A stretch of 64,000 nucleotides of DNA, taken from the NCBI GenBank assembly GCA_009914755.4, contig CP068257.2, positions 13,216,001 through 13,280,000 of the forward strand, in the 5' to 3' direction. Shown here piece by piece: positions 15,003 to 29,429 of the stretch. The notes under the pieces were generated by a model. That model was not told where the DNA came from, did no database searches, and was given only the letters and a program-made list of their open reading frames with translations. How positions within the stretch are numbered: position 1 is the first letter of the stretch; the number at the start of each line of letters is the position of its first letter. Source of the stretch: the human T2T-CHM13v2.0 reference genome, Homo sapiens. Both the position numbers and the translations under genes were made by a program.

Positions 15003-17733
15003 GTAAGTGGCATTGGGACAGTATGACGTGTTTCATGATGACAGTCACGCTCTGCTTGGTGACCTCTGACCTCCCTCTTCAGGGGCTCTGGAGGTTAACA
15101 TTTTTGTACATCCACACCGGAAAGAATGTACTCAAGAGTAGAAAATGTGGGAGGAATTTAGTGAATGAATAGAACTTAGCGGGCAGAGAAAATAACTAGG
15201 TAATTTTGTCCACCAAAAACCCCAATTACCAGTTATTTACAGCCCACTGGTCTGCAACTTCGGTTGCCTAATCAGACATTCATATAAGTGCAGTCCCTTG
15301 CTCAAACAGTAATCCCTTGTCTTGACTGACTCTCAGACAAGGAAGAGCAGGCAGAGGAGATTGTAAAGCAGAAGCAAAGTAGTTGAAAGCCACTGAGAGT
15401 GGTTGAGGACATGGGTGGGTTCACATCTGTAATGTGTTGGAAGCTGAATACAGCTGTTTGGCACTTTCAACAGGCAGTGACCATGAATGGGATGTCCTGC
15501 CTCCAGGGCAGTGCAAACAGGCCTCCAGCCAGACAGCCATCTCGCTCTCCTTTTCCTCCAGCTGTGTCTGCAGAAGGGTCCCGAGTAGCATCCTGTAGTT
15601 CCAACCTGCTTACTCCTTAGGACTAGGAAACAAGAAAATCACTGCTAACCCCACTCCAAACTTGCCTGATTTCAGAGCTCAGTATCATTCTGCAGTTTGC
15701 AGTCACACTGGGAGGGTCTTTTTCTCGTATATGAGAAGGAGGACAGAATGTTGGAAGGGAACGCTCCTCGACAGATGGGAATGAGAGTGGTGTGAGTAAC
15801 TAACTGGAGGCAATAAAGGTGTTAGCAAACAGCAGGAGGGAAGAGTGGGCCCCACCGATCACTGGCTGTCCCGCATGCTGTGTGTTGTACCAGTGCCAGT
15901 GGGAGCTGCCTATCCAAGCCTTGGTATTAACAGCATGTGACTCTGGCAGATTCACAATGTCCTCATTGGCTTTGTCAGTATGACAAGCTTTGACTGAGTC
16001 CCTATCCAACTGAGGGGCCACCATCCCCGTCACCCTCCTTTCTGATGCCTTTTCTCCTGATCATCCCTTCTTCTTCCTTCTTCTTTGTCTGGCTTCTTTT
16101 GTTCTTCCTTTTTCTGTCCCTCACTCCTCCTTACATTATATTCCCAGCTTCCTTTGGGATTTTTGTTTTAACATAAGGAGAACCTTACCATCGATGTCAA
16201 GCTCAGCATGATATAACCAATTACCCTAAAACCACAGCCATCTAGCCTTATCTTGTATTAAAAAAAAAAAAAAGAAAAAAAAACAGATGTTGCCTATAAT
16301 TGTATATCTGCTCAGGTTTAAACATAAATTGCAGTGAGAATTCTTAAGGCAAGAATACCATTGAACCAAAATACGTTATAACAGAAAGGGGTCTCAGATG
16401 CTTATTACCTCCTCCCAACTGTATTTCATTTTACAACAAAGCAAATCACAGCTTGGAAAAGTTAAATGAGTTCCTAAGGTTCCACAATAAATAAGGGCGA
16501 AGGGGCCACTACTTAGGACCCAGATCTCCTGATCCCTATCTAGTGATTTTTTTTACTTCATGAATTTTAATGTAAAAAAAGAAAAAGAAGCCACAGATCC
16601 TCTAGACCCTTATGCAATATAGGGAAATATTCCTTAACCCCAATCGTGCTTTAATCCTTCTTCTACTGAAACAAATACAGCTAATGAATTAGAGATGCTC
16701 TTTTGTTCTCCTGTTAACTATCTGACCTTAAGGAAGTCACTCAACCAATTGGTTCTCAGTATTCTCTTTCCACACTGAGGGAAGTGGACAGATAATCTAT
16801 GGTTGCTTCCAGCTCCAAAATTCAGTGACCCTTTAAGCTTAACTTCTTTCACCAGAATACCTGTCATTTCTAGGTAAATAGTGTTCTCAGTCCTTTCTGT
16901 TAAAAGAGGTTAAGTAAATAAAAAGGAAAGATCAGGCTATGCTTTTGGCCTAGATTATAACTTTGTGACCAAGGATGAAGGAATTTAATAGCAATAAGAA
17001 AGCTTCCAGGGTCTACCATTTACAATTTAAATACTTTACTTGGGAGGTTAAAAGTTCAAAGTTGAGTCACAGTCTGAGGTGGCTCTGCTCTTCCTTTTTA
17101 ATTATCTGAGGTCAGGAAGTTAATAATACGAGAAATCCCCAGCGGAGACCTCTTGTGCACTGTGTGAACTTTAAACTTGCTCATTTTTTTCTTAAGGGTA
17201 AAAAGTTCAGCAGAAACACAGTGGACTTTTCCTCTTAGCCTCCACCCATTCATCCCCCAAGGTCAAAAGTTGAACTGTAAAACAGAAACCCTTGTTCTCT
17301 GATCCACATTTAAACAGATCACTTATTAAAAGGTAAACATTCCACATGCAAGCCAAAGTTCCAAGTGAATCTGCTCAATAAAAATAAAGAAACTGTAATA
17401 AAGTCTTTGATCTTTTCCACTTGTCTTAGAATTGAACAACAGAATTTATTTTCTCGTTTTTTGAATCTCAGAGAAGGGGCAGTCATATAAGCTCTTTCCT
17501 CACCTACCTCTGCCCTGAGATTGGCATATCTAAAAGAGATAAACCTAAGATATTTTAAAATAGTCAGATTTGGAGCCTTACCTTAAGGCAATTTCTTCAA
17601 CTAATTCTACGCCATTTATGTTTGTTTATTTGTTTTGCTCAAACAGGAATTCAAGAACAGCAAATGTGATTTAAATCAGAGATATAAAGTACTACAGAAT
17701 AAAAAGGAGTTTGCTGAAAATGGTAGAGGATGC

Positions 17734-18066
17734 TGTATTAGTCCGTTTTGCTGCTGATAAAGACATATCTGAGACTGGGCAATTTACAAAAGAAAGAGGT
17801 TTAGCGGACTTACAGTTCCACTTGGCTGGGGAAGCCTCACAATCATGGTGGAAGGTGATAGGCATGTCTCATATGGATGGCACAGGCAAAAAAAAAAAAA
17901 TGCTTGGGCAGGGAAACTTCCTCTTATAAAACCATCGGATCTCGTGAGACTTATTTACTATCATGAGAACAGCATGGGAAAGACCTCCCACCAGGTCCCC
18001 CCGACCCACCACAACACGTGGGAATTTAATATGAGATTTGGGTGGGGACAAAACCAAACCATATCA
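17734..18066 (-). mobile_element. ERVL-MaLR LTR, THE1/MST family (apparently solo)
   Basis: 'tgtattagtccgttttgctgctgataaagacata...ccatcggatctcgtgagacttatttactatcatgagaacagcatgggaaagacc...gggtggggacaaaaccaaaccatatca'. It carries an internal A13 run at about 17883-17895. Confidence 0.8.
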
Positions 18067-20383
18067 GATGCAGAGAAAATAAAGAAATGGATGAATATAT
18101 CCAATGAACCTCATATGAATAATGAATGGAAAATATCTGAGATCTTCACAGTGTTAAAGCTCAAACAAGAAGTGAAATAAATAGCTACAGAGCTCCAAAT
18201 AAGTATTTAATGATAGTGACAAGACTCACTTTCTTGAAGTAATGATGGCAAACTTTAAAAGTATGGAAAAGCCATTGACCGAATACTAACCCAATCCAAT
18301 CAGCATGCTTAGGAAAACTCCCTGAGATGATCACATGAAGCTGTTATTTCATGCAACCCATGTGTCCGTTTTTTTCAATGTGTACTTATTGGAAATGCTT
18401 TCACTTGTTTAAACAAGTCCTACCTGTGACTCAATATTTGTTTAAAAACTTTTTAAGAAAGCATCTTTGTCACCGTTTATCTATCTAAATGAGAATAATA
18501 CCACTTGCTTCCCACCTTAATAATTTTTGTAAAGATTCTCATTAGAGAATACTTAAGCACAGAAAACGGTAAGAGCCTTGAAATTAAGATATACAATGAA
18601 CACGTTTATAATAAATACTTTTCACTGATGTCAGTTTCGACAGTGTCATTTAAGTTTAAACGACTTTGTGATCACTTCTAACACAAATCAAAACTAGAAG
18701 ATATGGCTCTAAGTAAGTTGTGTTCTAGATCCATTTACACTGTGAGTAACATTCACGACACCCTCTGGGACTCCTGGATGCAGCTGGTGACCCAGACCCA
18801 GGAATGACACAGCCAGGAAGGAAGTGAGGAAGGTGCACAGAGCTACTTCCTCTTGTTAGAACTCCCCTCTCAACAGCTGTAAGGAAGAATGGAAATTCCC
18901 TATGAATCAAAGTGTGACTTCGAAGTATGGGATACAATTTGAGAGACCTGATCATATTGATTAGGATGTTGACCAAAAGGAAGTCACTGCATTTCATTTG
19001 GACACTACTCAGACATTTAAGCTGGTATGACATTCATGAGAAACTTCTGGTTTCAATTCATCTTTTTCCCATGAATATTTATGTTCCTTTTTTTTAATCT
19101 TTAAGTCAGTTCATGATATTCAAGCTAGTTATTTCCAACCTTCTGTCTGACTGAATTCTGTATTAAATCTTTCTTTGTTTCCCCCCTGCAAAACAGGTTA
19201 ATTCATGAGAGGCTATTATATAGCAAGGACCATGCTGCCATGCTGTCTGTGTTCTGGGCATATGTACCCTCAAAGTCCTCATAGGATAGAAATAGTACTA
19301 AATCTGTATACAATGAACTGGACACAACAATGTGGGGACTATACTACAAATACTATGAACAAAGTGCCGGGAGAACCCTGAGTCTTTGCCATGTTCTTTG
19401 ATGCCTTTGTGCCTTACACATTCTGATCCCGCCACCTAAAATAATCCTCTTGTCCTTCATCCCTGGGACCCTGTACTCTGCCTCAGTGCTTCTCTTCCTA
19501 CACACTTCACCTCCCCTTGCCTCTCTGAATGTAAGTGTCTCTTCCACAGCAATCTGTGCAAAGACTAACACCAGAGTAACTATCTTACAGTATTGTAACA
19601 CTTAGCTAATTTTTCTGCCTCCAACAATAAATTCTGATCTATTTGAGGAAGTGAACTCCAATACCATTCTCAAGGAAGTCCTTTTTTAGAAATATAGACT
19701 GAAACCTGACAGAAAAGGGATTCAGTGTATATCCTAAAGGATGGCATAGGAGAGCTGAGACTTAGCAGGGTATACACTAGAGTGGTCTCATGCTCTTCTT
19801 GCCAGCACACCACTAGGTTAGCAGTTCTCAACTTTGGCTGTAGTTGGTATAACCTGGAAGCTTTAAGATATTTTTGATGTCTAGGTCTCAGTTCTAGAAA
19901 TTTTGAATTCACTGGAATGGAGTAGATTTGGGTCATTAAGGTTTTTAACTGTTCCCAGGTGATACTGGGGATGATGAGAACTTAAGGATGAGAATCAATG
20001 CACAGCAAGACACTGTGAAATGGGAATAGATGTTAGAAGCCACCATTGGCACTAGGGGTCACAAATGGATTGCCAATTTAAGAATACCTTATTTTTCATA
20101 ATTCTCTTAAGGAATAAGTTTTCTTCCACCTGAACTGTTTCAGCAGTTCTATTATCCTCATGATAATATGAGCTTTCTTAGCATATTACACCAACGTCTC
20201 TGTAAAATCAACCAATCTTTTTCTTTATCTTCATTAATATCTTGTGTGCTGAATCATGTAAAACTGCTTCCTATTGCCTAAGTGTGTCATGCAAACCTTT
20301 CCCCATACCATCCTATATATCTGCTTCCAGGAATGCCTTTCCTCTTAATCCCCCAGGAATTCATACTCACACTTTAAGACCTG

Positions 20384-20887
<504 letters not shown>

Positions 20888-21012
20888 GAAGAAAGCAAAG
20901 ACCCAACTTAGGCTTGTCTTTTTACTCCTGTTCTGTGATGCATACAACTTGGTTTACCATTCAATTTCAATCAAAACAGTTAACACATTGCTATCTCTTT
21001 GCCACTTACTGT

Positions 21013-21350
21013 CTTGTTCTGTTTAGGCTGCTGTAACAAAATACCATAAACTGTGTAGCTTATAAACAACAGAAATTTATTTCTCACAGTTCTGGAGTCT
21101 GGGAAGTTCAAAATCAAGGTGCCAGCAGATTCCATGTCTAGGGAAGGCTGGTTTCCTGATCCATGGATCATACCTTCTCTCTGTATATTCACATGGTGGA
21201 AGGGCCAAGGGATCTCTCTCAGGGCTCTTTTATAAGGGCACTAGTTCCATTCATGAAGACTCCACCCTCATGACTTAATCACATCCCAAAGGCCCTACCT
21301 CCTAATACCATCACCTTGGGTATTAGGATTTCAACATATGAGTAAATTTT
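21013..21350 (-). mobile_element. ERVL-MaLR LTR, MLT1-type (antisense)
   Basis: 'ttaggctgctgtaacaaaataccataaactgtgtagcttataaacaacagaaatttatttctcacagttctggagtctgggaagttcaaaatcaaggtgccagcag...ttataagggcactagttccattcatgaagactccaccctcatgacttaatcacatcccaaaggccctacctcctaataccatcaccttgggtattaggatttcaacatatga', the classic MLT/MER LTR antisense pattern. Confidence 0.6.
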
Positions 21351-21934
21351 GAGAAAACACAAATATTCAAGCCATAGCACTTCTCTTGAATTTTTTTGAA
21401 ATTCCCAAGGGCAGAAAATGTCTTTTTCTGGACATGCTAATTCCAGTATGCATACTGTATTTGATTCATGGGAGGTGCTAAATGAACGACTATTGAATAA
21501 ATGGATGGAAGGATGGATAGAGGGACAGATAGAAAGAGGATTATGTAAATTAATTCCTTCATCTATTTATCACTTACGGGGATTCTCACTATACTCATCA
21601 TTGAGGAAAGAGAATGACTTCCTCTTATGCATCTTTAAGAAGTTATGAGGCCCAGGAGCCTGAGCCAATTACACATAATTAGGGACTCCAGGCCAGGGGA
21701 GGGAGGGTGCCCAGGAAAAACAGTGACAATCATGATTTCCTTGGTCATGTTAAGATTTTCTAGATAAATAAATAGAAGCAAAACATTCTAGTCAAGTTGT
21801 GTCTCAAAATGCTAACTTTCTAGATGATTGCTTAGCCCTGAGCCAAGTCTCCTTTTGCTCTTCCTTCCCGTTTGTCACATTGGCCTTGAGGTCTTCTTCA
21901 GAGAATCATAATCAGCATAAAAGAATGTGCTCCG

Positions 21935-22224
21935 GCTGGGCGCGGTGGCTCACGCTTGTAATCCCAGCATTTTGGGAGTCTGAGGCAGATGGATTGCCTG
22001 AGGTCAGGAGTTCAAGACCAGCCTGACTGACATAGTGAAACCCCATCTCTACTAAAAAAAAGTACAAAAATTAGCTGGGCATGGTGGTGGGTGCCTGTAA
22101 TCCCAGCTACTAGGGAGGCTGAGGCAGGAGAATCATGTGAACCTGGGAGGCGGAGGTTCCAGTGAGCCAAGACCGGACCATTGTACTCCAGACCGGCAAC
22201 AAGATCAAAACTCCATCTCAAAAA

Positions 22225-22257
<33 letters not shown>

Positions 22258-22270
22258 AAGAAGAAGAAGA
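21935..22270 (+). mobile_element. Alu SINE (AluS-like) with long A/GA-rich tail
   Basis: 'ggctgggcgcggtggctcacgcttgtaatcccagcattttgggag...cagtgagccaagaccggaccattgtactccagaccggcaacaagatcaaaactccatctc' followed by an A23 run and (gaaa/gaa)n. Confidence 0.95.
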
Positions 22271-23960
22271 ATTTGCAATTTGCTCCTCCTCTCTCGATTT
22301 GAGTTCCAGCTGGAATTTGAAAAAAAAATTATGGGTTCATAGGTTTGTTCGTGCTAAAAGGAATTTTAGGCACCATCTCATCGTGTCCCTACATCTTACA
22401 GATCTAGAAGCACTTGGGAAAAGTCTGGCAAATGCATAGTCTATGGCAGTTACCAGTGTAGCTAGATGGTTCTGGGCCACATCAGCATGGGAAGGCCAAT
22501 GAAATCACATAAACCTTAGCACCCAGATCTTCCAGGAATTGGGCCCTTCTTAAGGTCTTCTGTACTTCCAGGAAGTCTCAAGAGGAAAGCTCATGTGTAC
22601 TCAGAAATAAGCCCTGGCCTCTTTGTCCCTGGCCTCTTCCTCAAAGACCCCCTCACCAAGTCCCTGGTCTGGGTCCCTCTCTGAGAATAGTCCACCCTGA
22701 GTACCACTATCCTCTGTGGTCAGCTCTAGAGCTCCAAGGCTGAGGACACTAGTCCTCCTACAGGGGTGGAAGAGATAAGGGAGTGGGAGGAAGGGAAGGG
22801 AGGTGGAGAAAGAAAGGTATTGAAAAGCATAGGAAGAAAGCAGTCTTCCTCCAGCTTTCAAGCAGCACTTTGTTACTGGTGGGTCAGACATAACTTGGTG
22901 TTTTCGAATTTGGCTCTAAAATTAGGTCCAGATTTCAAATTTGTCCCTGCTACTTAGCATCTTTTTGATTTTTAGCAACATAGAAAACCTTTCTGAACTT
23001 GAATTTTTACTTTTTCCCTTCTTTAATATAATGGAAATGATAATTCTGTCCTCATAAAATTATTGTTAGCATTAAATGGAATACTGTATTGTTATACCAG
23101 TGACTGAGCAGAGTGCCAGAAGTTAGTAAGCACTCAACAAATGATATGGATATTATTATTTTCGTCTCCATTGTTCTCATCACTACTAGTTTAATTGTTC
23201 ATTGACATAGCTCCTTCAGCTTCTGCTCCTAACCCTGCTCTCAATTGTTTTCAATGGGAGTAACTCAGGCCAGCTGGAAGAAATCAATGCCTCCCCAACC
23301 TCTTTGTTTCCTACCCCCATTTCCAGATACCTGTATATAAAACTTCTTTTTTTCTCCGTTTCTTCACAAGACAGTTTGGGAACCAATTGGTACAAAGAGT
23401 TCCTTACAAAGCCATTTTTAACTCCATTAGCGGGTCAGCTAGGACATCCCAGCTGCTTTACTAGTAAAGTCCATCTGTCCTTCTGAAATAATGGCAGATG
23501 TAATTGCCACTTTTCATTACAGGAAAACAACAAATACACATTTTGGTAGCTTGATTTCCCCCAAAGGAGCTCTTGCCTTTCCAGTAATAGAGTTCTAGCT
23601 AGACACACGGTTGGCCGAAGACAATCCTTCCCACCTTCAACCATGCAGATGAGAGCAATACCCCAAAACTGAGCAGAGCAAGATGATGAAAAGAACCCCA
23701 AGCCAAAATAACTTTGTAATTATCCATCCAGTAACTCTGATAGGTCTGGACTGTTTCAACAACTATATTTAGACCTCTGTGTTCACCCTATAGCCTAAAT
23801 ACCAGGTGGTGTCGTTTCTAAACACTGCAAAGAGAAAGTTTTGTTTAGACATCAATGCAACCCCCAAAGACAATATTTAATTAAAATATTAATACTGGTC
23901 ATATGCCCACAAAGTAGCTGGGAAAGCAAGCACCCTTTCATTCCCAATATAGAAGCCTCA

Positions 23961-24270
<310 letters not shown>

Positions 24271-24337
24271 GAAGCCTCAAAGTTGGTATTGGAAAAGATT
24301 TCAAAGTTTCTAACACAGACAAATATTAAACATTCAT

Positions 24338-24678
24338 GGTCACTGTTATGAACTGAATGCTTGTATCCCTCCAAAATTCATATGTTGAAACCCTAACTCC
24401 CAATTTTATGGCATTAGGAGGTGAGGGCAGAGCTACTATGATGGGAGTAATGACCTTATAAGAAGAGGAGACATCAGAGTTTGCTCTCTCTGCCACGTAA
24501 AAATGCAACAAGAAGACAGCCTTCTGCAAACCAGGAAGAGGGCCCTCATCAAGAACCAAATCTGTTGGCACCTTGACCTAGCACTTCATAGCCTCCAGAA
24601 CTATGAGAAATGAATGTCTGTTGTTTAAGCCAAACAGTCTATGTATTTTATTATAGCAGCGTGAGCTGACTAATATAG
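24338..24678 (+). mobile_element. ERVL-MaLR LTR, MLT1-type
   Basis: '...ccttgacctagcacttcatagcctccagaactatgagaaatgaatgtctgttgtttaagccaaacagtctatgtattttattatagcagcgtgagctgactaatata', the characteristic MLT1 3' terminus. Upstream 'ggaggtgagggcagagctactatgatgggagtaatgaccttataagaagaggagacatcagag' is also typical. Confidence 0.6.
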
Positions 24679-26467
24679 TCATCCTTAGCATCTAAACCTT
24701 CTATTAACTGAAGAAAGAAAAACCAACTCAAGGCAGGGAAACTTTATGCTTTATATAGACGGCAACTTTAAAGAGCAATTGTTTAAGTTACATTTTAATT
24801 GCAAATGGATGTATTCTAATTCATTCTCTGAGCAAATTATGGGTCTTCACATCAGATAAAGAAGCTCTATATGGAAAGAGGTAGAGAAAGTGCCCCAAAA
24901 CTTATTGGCCTCGTAGTCCCAACCACAGGCAAGAGAAATTATTAGCTCAGCTTTGGGGCAAGATTAGACAGCCCCACCTCAGTTCAGGTCACCTCCAATC
25001 TGATTTCCTAAGAAAGCTCACAGTATGCTAAGAACCTAGTCACACATCCAAGCCAATTTTGGGATTAGCCTAGACCTGTAGTCCAGACTGATAGCCTCGA
25101 TTTTATATTTTTGATGATATAGACGGTCAAATATACATAATTATTTTTTTATTATATTATATAACGTAATTATGTATACTTGACTATGTACATTTTATGA
25201 AATCAGAATCCATGGATTGTCCCCATAATGATTGTCCCTCCAGGGAATAAGTTTTAAGATTCAGATTAATCCATTTGGGGCATCTAAAAACGCTCAACAC
25301 CCTATTCTTTCACTCTACCCATGCTGGAATAAGACCAACTTCAAGATTCAGGACACATGGCTCCATGTAACCAGAGATCCCATGCCAAGGGACAGTAGGC
25401 AAAAATAGACACAGGTGGATATGTATGACTTCTTTCCATGAGCTTCCAGGCCTCCAAGGGACAAAATTCTTGATTTGGTGCCAAAATGTTCTATTTGTCT
25501 TATTAGAAAAAATTACTCAGTAAGGTGATATACCCCAGGAGGAGAGAACTGTTCTCACATTATCCAAATAATTATTTAAGTCTATACATTTTCACTGAGG
25601 GTTTTAATGATGAAATTATTAAGACGTTGTATGAGGTGAGCTGTCTTAGAAAAATTTGCTGCCTATTAATGGCTTTCCCATGCATTATTTTTGCTTTCAT
25701 GTCTTCTAAGTCTAAAAGCTTCTCCCACATTTCTTTAGATCATGGCTTATGTTTGATAATATTGTGAGATACATCTAATCTCCTGTTAACATTTGTATAA
25801 AGTGCATTTCCTATCTCTGCATGACATTGTTCTACCCTCTTTGAAGACATCAGCTTTGTGATAGGTGGCATTTGATATTGTGACTAACCTAACATCTACT
25901 GTACGAAGGGTAATAATACAATACTAACAGTTATTATACACTTATAATGTGCCAGGCACCTTCTAAGCTTATTTTGTTTTATAATTCAGTGTATAATATA
26001 TGTTAATTTTCATAACATCAAGGAATAGATAATTTCTTTATTTCCATTCTATGAACAAGGAAACTGAAATTAAACAACTCCGCCAGTAGCATGCCACTAG
26101 CAGGTCCAACATCCAAATCCAGAGATGATCCAGCATTATGATGCAAAATATACCAATGGCGCTATTCTCACTTAACAGAGACCATTTGGAAAGAAGTAAT
26201 AAAAGGATATGAACTGAACACAGTTACAGAATCACAGACTCCTAAGGCCAAAACGAACTTCAATATCCTCTAGTTTTTCTTGCCCAAAATATCAATCCAA
26301 GAAATTAACTGGTTACTTATTAAAAGTAGACAGCCAGGAAAAAGGAGAACTGAATATTTCAAAACAAATAGTCCAAATGGACAAACAAGCTCTGAACAGA
26401 GCCACTTTTAGAAGGAGGAGAGAGAACGTTAAGGCATTTATGAATAAAAGGCAGACTTCTTTAGAAG

Positions 26468-26688
26468 GAGTCGCCATATTGGCTCACTACAACTCCGCCT
26501 CCCGGGTTCAAGTGATTCTCCTGCTGGGATTACAGGCGCCCCCCACCACGCCCGGCTAGTTTTTGTATTTTTAGTAGAGACGGGGTTTCACCATGTTGGT
26601 CAGGCTGGTCTCAAACTCCTGACCTCGTGATCCGCCCGCCTCAGCCTCCCAAAGTGCTAGGATTACAGGCGTGAGCACGCGCCTGGCC
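26468..26688 (-). mobile_element. Alu SINE, antisense, lacking its 3' end and poly-A tail
   Basis: 'gtcgccatattggctcactacaactccgcctcccgggttcaagtgattctcctgc...ggattacaggcgtgagcacgcgcctggcc'. The Alu 5' end is intact at 26688, with no poly-T at the left edge. It is flanked by 'aaaaggcagacttct' (26446-26460) and 'aaaatgcagacttct' (26691-26705). Confidence 0.85.
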
Positions 26689-27111
26689 ACAAAATGCAGA
26701 CTTCTAAAGTAGAAGTCCAGCTTGGCCAGATAATAGACTCACTAGCATATAAACTGCTGGAAGCTAATGTAGGAGGTCAGGAAGGAATGATAAGGTTAGA
26801 GGAACCAAAGCCCAGAGAGGGTTTTTGTTTGGTTCTTTGGCAGCACTTAACTCTAGGAAGTGATGGGGAAATTCTAATTTCTGAGAATGTTTTTCAAAAG
26901 GATGACAGAGATTAGAGCTTCCAGTGAAGAAAATATTGCTGCAATCAAAGAAAGCAAAGTGCAATAAAGCCCTCAGGCCAGACGGAATTTATCTAAGTAT
27001 TCTGGAGAAAATAAGGTGTGAAACAGCAGAGACTGATGAGGACATATACTATGACCATTAAAATAACAGCTGTTCCTGAAGACTGTCCAATTTTTAACAC
27101 AGTATCTATGG

Positions 27112-27153
27112 TTTTTTTTGTTTTTGTTTTGTTTTGTTTTGTTTAAAGGAAAC
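27112..27153. repeat. (TTTTG)n simple repeat
   Basis: 'ttttttttgtttttgttttgttttgttttgttt'. Confidence 0.9.
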
Positions 27154-29429
27154 CAAGAGAAATCCCAAGAATTCAGACAAATGAACTTTGTCTTGGTGCT
27201 CGGATACTGGTTGGGGGAAAAAGTCCGATGATTGTGCCAAGTAGAATCTGAGAATTGAAACTTGACAGGCCCCCATCAACTCTGCAGGAATAGAGATTTT
27301 TACCTCTCCAAGCTTAAAATTGATAATAAGTAATACAGAGATACACCATGCACTTGCCCTTTTAAAAAGTTTGAAAATGAAGAAACAAATGCTTTCTTGG
27401 ATCTGAAACTAGCTAGAGAAATTAGAATCATGTATAGTGTATGCTTAGGCCAAAGAGAAGAGATTAGCTATAGCACTCCTGGAATCTGATGTTGGAATGA
27501 AATGTAATTTCACCTGCATTTTTTAAATAATTAGGGAGTATGTGTGAGTCACAAGCAATTGACTCTCACATGATTGACACTCTGTGGGAGCAAGCAGTGA
27601 AAAAGAAATGGTGAGCACCTGATCCTATGATAATCATCACTAGCATTTATTGAATGGTTACTACGTGGCAGGCACACTGCTTAGTGTTTGACATCCATTA
27701 TCTCAATTATTCTCAGTCTGTGAGTGATGGTATAAACTACTTCAGAAACATCTGCTGTTTCAGAAAGAAAATGCTCTAAGGTGTAGGGCAGATTATCAGC
27801 CAGGGTCACAGTTCAGATGAGTTCCAAAGAAAGCTTATCTAAAATATTCTGATGAAAATGTGGCTTCCATTTAAAACCGAATGGGGGCCAAGAGAATTGT
27901 AAAGGAAACTCGAGGATGCAATCTATTCTCTGCCCCTCAATCCCTGAGCCAGCCAGGGATACTTATTTTCTCCTAAACCTAAAAATAGTCACGCTAACAT
28001 TGGTTTCAGACTCTCAGAATCACCAGCTCTGAGACTACAGAGATCTTCTCACTCTTTCCTATCTCCTGGTCCTTAAACCCGCTTCCTTACCTTGCTTCTG
28101 TGCCTTGCTAATTATAACTGCTTTTTGTTTGTTTGTTTCCTGATTCCTGTGGCTCAATCTGTGTTCCTAGGGCCTTCATCTGTGGTACCCACCTGGGATT
28201 TTAGACTCATGTGGGGGGTCTAAAGCTTTGGCTTAAGTTTAGTCTGAAACTCTCCTAGGCTTTGGTCCACAACCTCCTGCCACCCAACATGGTGCTGACA
28301 GGGAGGACAATCTGTAGCCCATGAAGATTAGAGCTATGCTATTAATCAATGATCTTTCCCAACTAAAATACTTAGTTCAGGGCTCTTCGCACAATGCTCA
28401 AAGTACTTTCTGTTCAATAAAGGCTTGTTGACTGTATTTACAACACATGCTGTACTATGAACTGCATACCAAAGTCCAAATTACAACATATAACCTCTAT
28501 GACAAGAACGAGTAAAAAAATAAAACCACAGCCTTGGAGGGATGCCAGATGATGCTGGACCCATGAAAAACTCCAGAGAGGAAACAAAAGGTACTGAACA
28601 GAAATGGAGTGCACACACCGTAACCTTGTTCTCTCATCTTTTGTGAACTATGACGGGTCACCTTTGCAAAATTATAAGCCTTTTGAGAGTAGGGTACAAT
28701 ACAGCTTCAACGGCAGGGTGCCTACAGTCCCCATCACTCCTCCTGCCACCAGGGAACTTGCAGGAAGGGAGCTTTCCTGTTAGCTTTCCTCCCTGGTAAA
28801 GCACTGACCACAGCCTTGAATGCCACAAAGCCACATTGGGAAAAATATGAAGTTTTGTCCTACCCACATTATATCTGGACAGATAGTTATTTAGAAAAGA
28901 ATCATTCTGCATTTTATGTATTATAACATTGGCTATACAGGATCTCTCTCTCTCATCACCCAAGTCTGGTTCCTTCCTAGTCTACATCTGCCTCTTGCTC
29001 CTCAAAGAGCTTACTTTTCCTCTCGGTTTCTTTAAGCAATAGCTCTCCTTACTATGTGGTGTGATGGTTAATTTTATGTGTCAGATTGGCTAGCCTGTAG
29101 TAACTAGTTATTCAAATATGAATCTAGGTATGGCCATAGAGATATTTTGTAGGTGAGTTTAATATCTATAATCATGGACTAACCTTTTAAAAAATCTATA
29201 ATCAGTTGACTTTAGGTAAAGGACATTATCCTCAACAATGTAGATGAGCCTCATTCAATCAGTTGAAAGGTTTAAGGGCAAAAATAAGTTTCCCTGAGGA
29301 AGAAATTCTGCTTCAAGATTGCAATATCAGCTCCTGCCTAAGAATTTTCAGCCTGCTGGCCTGCCCCGATCCTATAGATTTTGGACTTACCAGCCTCCAC
29401 AATTGCATACTGAAAGAAGTCTCTCTCCA

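Noticed and set aside
22137-22439. 100-aa ORF rich in lysine ('[16 protein letters not shown]')
   Set aside because: It is a translation of the Alu poly-A/GA-rich tail.
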